Below, in pieces: positions 1 through 11,300 of a stretch of 64,000 nucleotides of DNA (position 1 is its first letter; every line of letters begins with the position of its first letter). The position numbers and the translations under genes were made by a program. Source of the DNA: Lytechinus pictus (lineage: Eukaryota). The notes below the pieces were generated by a model. The model ran no database searches. It was not told where the DNA came from and was given only the letters and a program-made list of their open reading frames with translations. Location of the stretch: the NCBI RefSeq assembly GCF_037042905.1, contig NC_087250.1, positions 25,360,001 through 25,424,000 of the forward strand. The letters run 5' to 3'.

Positions 1-300
1 CGGACAAACATTACACTGAATATTTCATCAAAATAACAAGAAACATATAATTATGTGATTTAAAAAAATTAAAAAATAAAGTAAAAACGGACAAACATTA
101 CACTGAATATTTCATCAAAATAACACTGGCTGAAAATTATGTGATTTGAAAAATGTGAAATAAACTGAAAACGGACAAACATTACACTGAATATTTCATC
201 AAAATAACACTGGCTGAAAATTATGTGATTTGAAAAATTAAAAATAAACTAAAAACGGACAAACATTACACTGAATATTTCAACAAAATAACGCAAGAAA
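1..300. repeat. About 84-87 bp tandem repeat resembling the subterminal region of the Kolobok-type MITE
   Basis: cggacaaacattacactgaatatttc at 1, 88, 172, 256; similar to ataacactgaaaatttcatcaaaat in the TTAA MITE. Confidence 0.85.
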
Positions 301-904
301 TAAAAAAAAGTTATGACATGTAAAAGCGCTCCCCTGGAACGGTTATGCATGTCTTCATGAATATGCAATGAAGAAGCTGTTGATGCCATATCCCTATCTA
401 TTATTTGTATTTTATGAAATGAGTTAACAAATTTTGTTATCAGAGAAGAAAATTAAAAATAAAACTTACTGTGTGATGCTGCAAGCTATTTTTATATCCA
501 TGACGGTGTACGTACTTACAGTGTTTTCACAAAATTGCTTAACCTCGTACATATTTGTTGTGAAATTATCAGCATTTTGCTCTGATTATCTAAACATGAT
601 TATTTTCAGCGCGGAGTCCATTACCCATTGAGGGGGAAGAAAGACTGTTTGAATTAATCTCTAACAGATTCATATTTTCCAGCAATCGCCTTCGAAGAAT
701 AACATAGGCCTACCCAGTATAAAGAGAGATTCATGGCGCAGATCCCCTACGGCGAGTAAAAATCCAGCCGTTTTAACATTTTTGTATCAGCTATATGTAG
801 GTATAGTTTGATTAAAAATTAATAAAACGACAGTTTTCGACTGGTACGGCCGCCGAAGCGGAACTGTGACTGCTAAGCAGAAGAAACAAATGGAGGTTAA
901 CTGT

Positions 905-1215
905 AGATTCGTCTATTACCAACTCCTCCACTCATCACAAGGTCTACCTTCATTTGGTCTAATGCCATTGCATCAATCAAAATTTCGTCTAACAACCATT
1001 TGGTCCAATAATCACTTCGTCTAATAACCAGTTTGTCTATTACCATTTCGTCTAATAACCACTTAATCTAATACTTACTTTCTTTTCATTTATTTCGCCC
1101 AATTAACACTTATCCTATCATAGATCAAATGGTTTATGGACTTAATTGTTATTGGACCAACTGGATATTATTAGACGAAGTGGCAATTAGACCATGTGAA
1201 TAATGAACGAATCGT
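905..1215. mobile_element. Non-autonomous DNA element with tandem TTCGTCTAAT-type subterminal repeats (second copy about 17580-17968)
   Basis: Repeated ccatttcgtctaat units and their inverse attagacgaa; clear similarity to 17580-17968. Confidence 0.6.
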
Positions 1216-1654
1216 TGATAGAAAAATGAATGAATGAATTGAAAAATAATGAAAAGAAAGAAATTTAAGAAAAAATACATTAATTCTTTTAAAAAAATTG
1301 CGTTATAATCAAAACTAGAAGACCAGAACGAATGATTCGCTGTCACAGATTAAAGTGGGATGATGTCACTATATTTAAAAATGTATTTAATTGACAAATA
1401 CCTTCTCTCTCTCCCTTTTTTGTATTCTGATACTGAAATAGGAAAAGTACCTATTCGAGAAAACATGAATGCCCCTCTATCTGAATAAACATTATAGTTT
1501 ATCAGTTGAACAAATCACATTTTGCTATATATTTAAACATGCATTATCTTCGTAATTTATTAGATTTTGACAAATTTTTCAGCATCGTGCTTGGTGAATT
1601 TTAGACTATTTATTTAGATACGAGGAGGCACAATAACTAAGTCGGTACAACGGG

Positions 1655-2250
1655 GGTACGTTTCAGATTCCGTTGACCCGGGTTCGATTCCAACTTGGTA
1701 AAGCCCCCATCACACTTATTCCGAATCAAGCAGAATTGGCCTGAATGAAAGGACTATTGTTTGACCACCAGTTGGTCATTTAAATCTACTTCGAACACCG
1801 TTCGAAAATATCCCTCGAATGTTTTGAACATGACCAAAACCTTTGGGACGGCCAAATGAAATTACAAAAATATTTCGAATGCACTCAGAATGCAGTCAAT
1901 TTAGAATGCGCCTAGAATGTTCAAGAATGTAGCACGAATTATCAATCTGACTCCATTGCGGTTCATTTTGACTAGTGTATGATGATACACCTGGTCAATT
2001 TACTGAATTTCAACTCCAGTTTGGTGAATTCATAAGTTCCTCTCAAAAATTTCTAGATTTTTGGAATATTTTTTTCTTTCCAGCTTCTGCTTGATTCCTG
2101 CTGATTCCGAATAAGTGTGATGGGGCTTTAAGCTAGATCCCTTTGGAAATGCATCAATCCTCATTACCAGGTCCCTTGGAGAGGGACCGTCAGTCCCCTG
2201 GTTGCTTGCTTATACATGCAAGCATTCATGCTTTCTTAGCAATCAGGTAA
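1655..2250 (+). mobile_element. tRNA-derived SINE interrupted by a Harbinger-type MITE
   Basis: B-box gggttcgattcc at about 1680; body ccctttgg...aatcctcattaccaggtcc resumes after 2130 and resembles the SINE at 57522-57825. Confidence 0.6.
1702..2127. mobile_element. PIF/Harbinger-type MITE
   Basis: TIRs agcccccatcacacttattccgaatc / gattccgaataagtgtgatggggct; TAA/TTA flanks; AGCCCC terminus shared with the autonomous element at 22788. Confidence 0.8.
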
Positions 2251-2701
2251 AAAAATCATCACCAATTAACACCATATAAATATTTTCAGCCCGGAGTATC
2301 CCTTAAACTAGACAGGTCACTCTCTCAATACGCCATTATTCTTTTCATCCAGGGCAAAAAAAAATATACACACATATTATTCTGGGGGCTACTTGTTGAA
2401 AGCTCACAAGCCAAAATTGGCTATAAAGAGAATTACGTTCACAGTGGACCCTATAGGTCGGAAATCAGGGGCTTTTTAATGGAGGAGGGGGGGGGGGTTG
2501 AATTCGTCCCGAGCCCTCGTATTTCTTTCACTGCTTTCGTGTTAATTCCTTTTCTCTTCTATTCTGTCCAACATCCTTTATTACTCCTGCTTCATAAAGT
2601 CTCATCATAATAACAAATGCACGATTCTTATAAAAATGTTACTATCAGCCAATCAAATCCAATGATTTCAGTGATCTATACTGTTATTGCAAATATGTTA
2701 A

Positions 2702-3272
2702 AGGACAAGTCCATCCCAACGAAAAGTTGATTCGAATTAAAAGAGAACATTCCAAAGAGCATAACACTGAAAATTTCATCAAAATCGGATATAAAATAAG
2801 AAAGTTATGACATTTCAAAGTTTCGCTCAAAAACGGTTATCCTGGTCGGTATGCAAATGAGAGGACTGATGTCATCCACTCACTATTTCTTTTGTAATTT
2901 ATTACATGAAATATTCTAATTTTCTCCTCATTGGCAAGTGAAACAAAGATGAATTCCTCCCTGAGCAGTGGAATTAGCAGTGTTTTAACATTTTGTGGTT
3001 CAAATTGGTCCTTATTGTCAAATCTGTAAAAAATGAAATATTGTATAATTAAAAAAAAAAAAAAAAAAAATACAGTAGTGAGTGGGGGACATCATTGACT
3101 GTCATTTGCATGCCACTGAGTTGTGCATATAACTGTTATGTGAAAAATAAGCGAAACTTTAAAATGTCATACCTTTCTTATTTTACATCCAATTTTGAAA
3201 TTGTCAGCATTATGCTAGTTTGATTTTTCTCTGCTTATTCAAATGAATATTTTTCTAGGGTGGACTTGACCT
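2702..3272. mobile_element. Kolobok-type non-autonomous element, family A (TTAA TSD)
   Basis: TTAA-AGGACAAGTCCA...TGGACTTGACCT-TTAA with long imperfect TIRs; many copies in the window. Confidence 0.8.
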
Positions 3273-3565
3273 TTAATATAACAAGTTTTATGGAATGGGG
3301 CCCTGCTCTTGTACTCATTTCCACTCTCATTCAGCTATTTCAATTTTCTTCTTATCTTTCTTTATCACTTATAAGCCAGTTTCCACTTCTATTCTATTTG
3401 TCCCCGGACCCTGTTTCACAAACCCAAGAATGAGATTAGTCTTGATCTTGGCCAGTCAAACAGCAGGCTGTAGTAGCTTATAACAGTGTCTTGTAACATC
3501 TCTCGCTGACAATGTGGGTCATGAGACTGACTAGGAACCAATGGAAATTTTTTATTCTTTCAAAT

Positions 3566-4108
3566 TAGAGAATGAAACCTTTGGAACAAGAAAGCTTATA
3601 TGAAAACAGAAAAATCAAAGAAACAGATCAACGAAAGTTTGAGAAATATCAGACAATATTGCGATCACTAATGCTATGGAGATCATTCCATTGGCAATGC
3701 GATAAAGATGTGTGATGTCACTTGTGAACAACTCTCCCCATTACTTTAGTATATATTTCACTTTAAATTGCCTCTTTTATCACATCAGTAGATCATGTGT
3801 TCTTTTTATATAGGAGGGCATGTAATACAGATTTTTAAAGAATACATCATGGATGAAGAGTTTGTATTACCATAAGAAAAAGCAAAAAGATACATTTTGG
3901 CGGTATTTTTTAGGCCATCAAAGGGAAAGTTGTTCACATGTGACATCACACATCCTTGTCGCATTGCCAATGGGAGGATCTCCATAGCATTAGTGATTGC
4001 AATATTAAAATGCTCATAACTTTCTCATTATTTGTTTGATTTTTCTCAAACTTTCTTTGATTTTTCTGTTTCGACACAAGCCAACTTGTCCAAAGGTTTC
4101 GTTCTCAT
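3566..4108. mobile_element. Kolobok-type non-autonomous element, family B
   Basis: gagaatgaaacctttggaacaag / cttgtccaaaggtttcgttctc-ttaa; palindromic body; similar to 18693-19276. Confidence 0.7.
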
Positions 4109-4452
4109 TTAAGAGGTTAATTGCTAACCTTTGTATAACGGGGCCCTGGTGGGCATATTGTAAATCTGTTTGTAAGTTACAAATGACTTCACTGCAAGAT
4201 TGGTTATCATTTTTACACTAAACAGGGAATAATTTTTGTGGTATAGCATCGCAAATTGCTCAACATTTTTGAAAGACTGCTATGTAAAAGGTCTTTTGTA
4301 TAGCATGTTTTTACATAGGACTGTACATTATTTAGTTGAGAGCTTTTCTCCTATGACCAAAAATGCTATTAAAGTTTGTAAAGCAAAATTATTCCCTGCT
4401 AAATAATATGTCTGGGATATGTCCCACACAGACGTAGCAACAGAGAACATGC

Positions 4453-4711
4453 TCCAGTCATTACAAAGAGTTGCGATTGATCAGTTCAACCACAACTATG
4501 GAAAGCCAGCAATGTCAACATTTAAAATACATGTTTGTTCAAAATATTTTGATGTATATTCAATCATTCATTGTTTTCTTGAAAATTCAGTGTGCTTCAC
4601 ATTGTTTACAAAGGATATTGTGCCAAATCCTGTAGGAAGAAATTATGATATTGATGGATCTCCAAATAGTTGAGGTTGATTGGATCAATCGTAACTCTTT
4701 GCAAGACGGGA
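4453..4711. mobile_element. Harbinger-type (CWG) MITE, same family as 49170-49440
   Basis: caaagagttgcgattgatc / gatcaatcgtaactctttgc inverted ends and shared internal sequence. Confidence 0.7.
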
Positions 4712-4744
4712 CCAGAGGGGCAGTTACATAAAGATTTAACAGTT

Positions 4745-4960
4745 GATCATAGGGCTTACTGTTATGATCGTCTCATTTCACTGTATTCTTGGGCATGAAC
4801 GCATCGGGTACTTGACCTGAATTTTGCCGGGACCGGCAGGTGCAATACACCGGGTGAACATCCTACTCTTTGACGAATAGTGTATTGGTTTTAACGTGCC
4901 TAGGTTGTGACTCTCCTATGCACGGGACCAACATTTGCGTCCTTTCAGATGGACGGAGTT
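4745..4960 (-). mobile_element. Deu/Nin-domain SINE fragment
   Basis: Reverse complement reads ...ggtcccgtgca...gcacgttaaaacc...cactattcgtcaaagagtaggatgttcacccggtgt..., resembling the Deu domain as recalled. Confidence 0.55.
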
Positions 4961-5220
4961 TTTTTTCCAACTGCATTTACCATGATCATTATTGATCACT
5001 TGGAAGAAAAAAAAATCATCTATTATCAATTGAGCATGCTATGCATGTAACAAGCCTTTGAAAATTCTGCATATCAAATATTCTGCGCGCTTAGGTATTT
5101 CAGCATGACTCGATCAATTACAGGCCCCATAAGACAACGGAACAAGCGATAGAAACTAATCAACAACCATCTCACATCACAAAATTCAATAGACAAAAGT
5201 AATAGTTTTTGTGACTGATT

Positions 5221-5226
5221 TTTAAT
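5221..5226 (-). terminator. RPL12 polyadenylation signal (ATTAAA)
   Basis: tttaat on + strand, about 100 nt after the stop codon. Confidence 0.6.
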
Positions 5227-5327
5227 CACACCTTCACAACAATAGATGTCAAATGCTGGATAGAAATGAAAGAATCGTGTCTCCTTGAATCCTGTGTGTC
5301 ACCTCCTCATGACCTTTGACCTGACGA

Positions 5328-5333
5328 TCATTC
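5328..5333 (-). CDS. RPL12: RPL12 terminal coding exon (Glu-stop); 3' UTR runs to about 5200
   Basis: tctttcatgcag|GAA TGA, followed by non-repetitive sequence and ATTAAA about 100 nt downstream. Confidence 0.8.
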   Translation of the reverse strand, partial: E

Positions 5334-8300
5334 CTGCATGAAAGATTAAAGGGAGAATATGAAGAGAAATTAGGGGACCTAACATTTTGAACATTTGTTG
5401 TAAAATTTTGTATGTGATTTTTATATGTAACTTTTTGATGTCATCACGTTAATTATAATGAAAAATTGTGTGACAAGACATCATCAGCTCCTTTATTAAG
5501 GTCAAGTCCACCCCAGAAAAATTTTGATTTTTATAAAAAGAGAAAAATCAAATAGGCATAATGCAGAAAATTTGATAAAAACCGGATGTAAAATAAGAAA
5601 GTTATGACATTTTAAAGTTTCGCTAATTTTTCACAAAACAGTTATGCACAACTCAGTGGCATGCAAATGAGAGAGTCGATTATGTCCATCACTCACTATT
5701 TCTTTTGTTTTTTATTGTTTGAATTATACAATATTTCATTTTTTACCTATTTGACATCAAGGACCAACTTAACTGAACCATAAAATGTTATAACAATGGA
5801 AATGCCACATGTTCAGGGGGGAATAAAACTTTGTTTCACAGGACAATGAGGAGAAAAATTAAAATATTTCATATTTCATATTATACAAATATACAATGAC
5901 ACTCGAGGATCTGGCTAAAACTATTCGCATCGAAGGAACATCACATAGTACTATTCTCCCGAGGGCCATCGGCCCGAGGGAGAATAGTACCTATGTGATG
6001 TTCCTGAGTGCGAATAGTTTTAGCCTGTTCCGAGAATGGGTCACTGTATATTTGTTTTATATCCCTTCCACTCATACCATTTTACAGCGAAACGATTTTT
6101 AATAAGTCGATATAGAACAATCGTTGAGAAGTTGAGAAAATTATAAGTCTTGCCGTATGGATCGTCTGTTCAGCGAGCGCACCTGGTTAGTGCAGCTCGC
6201 CGAAAGTTTCCCGTGGCATGCAGTGGAGAGTACCGTTTGGCTGAGCAGCGCTCTGCTCGCATCGCGCCGCACAGCTCGCGAATCGCGAGGTAGGGGGGGG
6301 TCAAAAAAACGTATAGTTCACTTTTTCCCTAGGGAAAAAATGGACTATGCGTGATGTCAGCAAGGAAAATGAACTATTTCACGGCAAACGTTTTTCGTAG
6401 TAAAACTATTCCTTTTCTCCTTGTGTACACTCTCAATACAACAATCTTAAGTAAGGGATATAAAATGAAATATAAAAGAAATAGTGAGTGAGTGATGTCA
6501 TCAGTCCCCTCATTTGCATATCGACCATGATGTGCATATAAATGTTTTGTGATATTAAGCGAAACTTTAAAATGTCAAAACTTTCTTATTTTACATCTCC
6601 AATTTTGATTAAATTTTCAGTGTTATGCTTGTTCGATTTTTCTCTTTTTATTCAAATCAACTTTTTGTTGGGGTGGACTTGTCCTTTAACTTACATGTAC
6701 ATACAGCTATTTCGAAAAAATACAAACATTTCACACAACCTGTTTTTCAGTGAAGAACTTTCCTCTCTTTTTTTTAAATGAACCATACTATTTTGGTGAA
6801 ATTGGTATTTTGACCCTAAAAAATGGTGGGGGGGGGGGGGATGGGGGAATGATTTAGCCCCCCTTATGATCTCGGCCATAGATCGTGCGATAACGAAGAA
6901 AAATTGGCAGGCGCGTTACCCATGACATAATCTGCAAAACAGTAAGATTAAATTCAAATCTCATTGCTAATTAATTATGCTAATTTATGCATAAAATCAA
7001 AAGTTTGCTTTACTTAACTAAACTGCTAATTTTGGGTTCAGTCTCTTCATAGGATTCTGGTCAAATGTACCTTAAAAAACTTAAATATCACATTTATTTC
7101 CTTATGCATTTTTATTGTTTTCAAATTTTTCATGAATTTCCGTTTTTCAACATTGTTTTATTTATTGTTTTTTCAATGGAAATCTCCGGATACTTTATTT
7201 TGGCCATTTAAACAAGATGAAATTAATTGATTTTAATAAGATTAAGGAAAAATAATGCATCATTCACAAATTTTGGCGATTCAGTCCCCCTCGACATTTT
7301 TCGCAATAAATCCGCCGCACAAATTTTTTTGATCGCGTCGCTCGCTGACTTTGTACTTTCAAGTCTCATGCAACTTTTGAGACCAAAATTGCAACCCCCG
7401 GGTACGAAATTCTGAAATAAGGCAACATTTCGTAACTGCATGCAGACCCAAAATTACTCAAAAACATGAATTTGTGTACAAATCCAATTCAATTGGTGTT
7501 TTAGCCAAAGTTCATAAATGTATAATTATTTTTCCTTTTACTGATCAAAACCAATTAATTTTGTCTTGTTCAAAGTTAAAATTAAAGTCCCCGACAATTT
7601 CCTTTGAAAAAAATGAATAAAAATGTAAAAAACATAGAAATGCATAAGAAATTTAGAAAACAATAAAATACGTAAGAAAATACATGGGACTTTGACATTT
7701 TTTACTTTAGTACTTTTGATCAGATTTCTTTAAAGAGTCTGCAAACCAAAAATTAGCAATTTAGGGGCAATGTTTAGTTAATTAGAGCAATTTTTTATTG
7801 TACGCATAATTAATTAGAAATGAGATTTTGCGCAGAAATTGAACCCATAATTTTGTAGATTATGCCATGGGTAACGAGAGCGCCAAGTAACATGAGATCG
7901 ACGGCTGAGATCATGGGGGGGGGGGGGGGTCTGATTCAGCCCCCCCCTCCAGTCTATAGGGTTAATAGGTAATGAAGACAAAGGACTTTGACAGTTCAGA
8001 ATGACCAAACCGCCAATGTATCAACTCACCGCTGGGATTTCAATGTCTCCATCGTTGATCTGTTCAATGATATCATGAGGGTTCTGTCCTTCCACGGTGC
8101 ATCCTACAGACTGAGCCGTTCCCAAGACTTCCTTGACTGTTCCCTTGAGCTCACGAGCCATGGAACGCTCCCTCATCGTCCTGGCGATGTCAATGACGGC
8201 GTCGATGGGGATGTTCCCGCTGTGTGAGACTGTACAAAATCAGAAAAACAAAGATTAAATCTTTCATTCAAATCTCATATTTATCTGAATTGCATGAAAT

Positions 8301-11300
8301 TCAAGTTTGAAAATGTGAATGATACGTTTTCCATATTCAGGTCTGAAAAGATATTTCTGCTGTGGTGATTATTCGAAAAGGTTAAGAAGAGAGCAAACGT
8401 TCTTCTTGGGGGGGGGGGGTGCTGCTTCAAGATGCTGAAAATGAACAAACTGGTTATAATGTGCGTTCTTGACGGTCAGTGGGAAGGGACGTTCAACCCC
8501 CTCCTCCACCACCTACAGTAGTTTAACTTTCTGTATCTGACCTTCCTTAGCACTTTATACCACTGACTTTAGTCTGATGGGTTCTGAATGGTCAGTTAAA
8601 GAATGACCACCCCCATCTCTTAGTTGCACTTACTGTTCTTGACCTTCTTTCTATCACGAGGAGGTTCCTTGAGAGCTCTTATGAGGGACGTCTGGGACGA
8701 AGCACTTGGGACCATACTGACCTTGACCTGACAGTTCTAAATGGTCAAGCAGAGAATGACCCACCCCCACCTATCCCCCTCTCTTATTTTAACTTACTGT
8801 TCTTGACCTTCTTTCTATCACGAGGAGGTTCCTTGAGAGCTCTGATGATGAGAGATGAAGCGCTTGGGACCACACTGGCCCTGACCTGACGGTTCTGAAT
8901 GGTTAAGTTAAGAATGCCCCCCATCCCCCTCTCTTATTTTAACTTACTGTTCTTGACCTTCTTTCTACCACGAGGAGGTTCCTTGAGAGCTCTGATGATG
9001 AGACGCAGGACTGATGAGACGAAGTGCTTGGGACCACACTGGCCCAGACCTGACGGTTCTGAATGGTTAAGTTAAGAATGCCCCCCATCCCCCTCTCTTA
9101 TTTTAACTTACTGTTCTTGACCTTCTTTCTACCACGAGGAGGTTCCTTGAGAGCTCTGATGATGAGACGCAGGACTGATGAGACGAAGTGCTTGGGACCA
9201 CACTGGCCTTGACCTGACGGTTCTGAATGGTTAAGTTAAGAATGCCTCCCATCACCCTCTCTTATTTTAACTTACTGTTCTTGACCTTCTTTCTATCACG
9301 AGGAGGTTCCTTCAGAGCTCTGATGATGAGGGACGAAGCACTTGGGACCACACTGACCTTGGCCTGACGGTTCTGAATGGTCAACATGACGGTGATCTTC
9401 AGACCCTTCCATTCCTGGGTTGCCTTGGCGATGTCATCACCAACCTTCTTGGGGGACTGCAGAAAAGAGACAAATCAAAAGGGAAAACCATGACACAGTT
9501 TAGCTTTAGATAGATCCCACAGATCACAAAAATATGAATTTGTTTAAAAGGCGAGCTGCCGAGCTTAGATACAGGAAGGTTCGTCATAGTCAATTGAACA
9601 ACCAGATTGACAATGCGAATACTTCTCTACGCCTCATGCATCTTCATGGCATTCAGACAAAATGAGTTTAGTTTGGTGACCCAATGTCATTTTATAAACT
9701 GATAGATGCCCTCTCGAAATTACTGCAGTTATTTTAACCACTTAAAAGTCAACTACGAATCTTCGGGGTATGTTTTGAAACCAAAAGCAAGGTACTTAGG
9801 CTAAAGAGAAAACAATTTTCATCAACACTTGTTGTATTTCTTAGCCTCATAGGAAGACCATGATTATAGTTATTGGGGACATATGTGTACTCCTACGGAT
9901 GTCACTGAACTTAGGGTTATGTGTATAAAATCTGCACAAGATCGAGCCTTCAATCATGCGCTGCGTTCTGCGCAACTCACAAACTGTTCTATGGAATAGC
10001 CCCCCCCCCCTGCCATGATGTTCACAGAATCATCACATTTCACATGAAATATTGCAAGATGAAAAACTCACCAGACCTAGAGGACCGATCTTGGGGGCGA
10101 GAGTTGAGGTTGCTCCGACTTCACCACCCACAGCCCTCAGACACACTGAAAAAGAAAAGGAGGAAAATGGAAACCTGTCACAAAGTCTGGTTTTCAATAT
10201 TAAGAAGAACCCATCCTTGGTAATAAAATAAATGTGTGGAAGAAAAAAAAATAAGTGAAACAAAATGGTCAAACTTTGAAAGAAATCAGACTAGGAATAT
10301 TTTTTGACCGTGATTTTTCTTTCTTCTAAGTATTGTGCAACTTTTGAGACCAATATTGCGACCCCTGCACGGTTCATAAAAAACGGAACCTTTTGTAAGT
10401 GCATGCAGACCCAAAATGCTTCGTAAAATTATCATTTTTCTTTTTACTGATTAAAATCGATTAATTTCATCTTGGCTGTTGTCAAAATTAAGTACCCGAC
10501 AATGCCCATTGTAATAACAATAAAAAAAAAACAAGTTGAAAAAGAAAAATACATACAGAATTTAGAAAATACGGAAGAAAATAAAAGTGATGCTGAAATT
10601 ACATTTGATCAGATTTGTATAGTCTGTGAACCAAAAATTAGCATTTTTTAATTTGGGTCATTATTTAGATCTAGACCCTTTTTACTTAACAGAAAACTTT
10701 TTATTTTACACATGTATAAATTAGCATGGTCTACATCTAATTGGCAATGAGATTTTTTTTCAGAATTTGATCAAATAATTTTGTAGATTATGCCATGGGT
10801 AACGCGTGCTCATTTTCGTCGCAATCGATAGCCAGCAATAGCTCCCCCCCCCAAAAAAAAAAAGAAAAGAAAATTGTCTGGGAGCTGGGAATAACTGAAC
10901 CTGATGTATTACAGATTAGGCCTAATAAAGTATTTTTCTTCATTATGAAAGCAAAAAAGGAAAGAAAATAGTATAAGCATAAGAAAATATTTTTTTGGCT
11001 CCCTATAAATTAAAAAAAATTACTCCCTGTACATGGGTCGTAAAGCTACGCACCGCACCACTCATGGGTGGAAATCCCAAAATAGTAGGGAGGGGGACAC
11101 AATATGAAATGTCCCCCTACTATTTTTTGTCTTTTATAAATGATGGAAAAATGAATTATTCACAATCGAAATAAAACATGTTTTTGGACAGGATGACATT
11201 ACTTTTTGGGTGATAACCTAAACAGCTGGCAGTCGTCTGTTTTGAGGAGTTTTTTAACATTTTTATTTTTGTTTTATTGGTGAGTGGAGCCAACGGAGTT

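Noticed and set aside
8455..8590. H/ACA snoRNA in RPL12 intron 3
   Set aside because: ACAGAA and ACA boxes and one stem are visible, but the 5' half is the degenerate exon-3 repeat, so support is insufficient.
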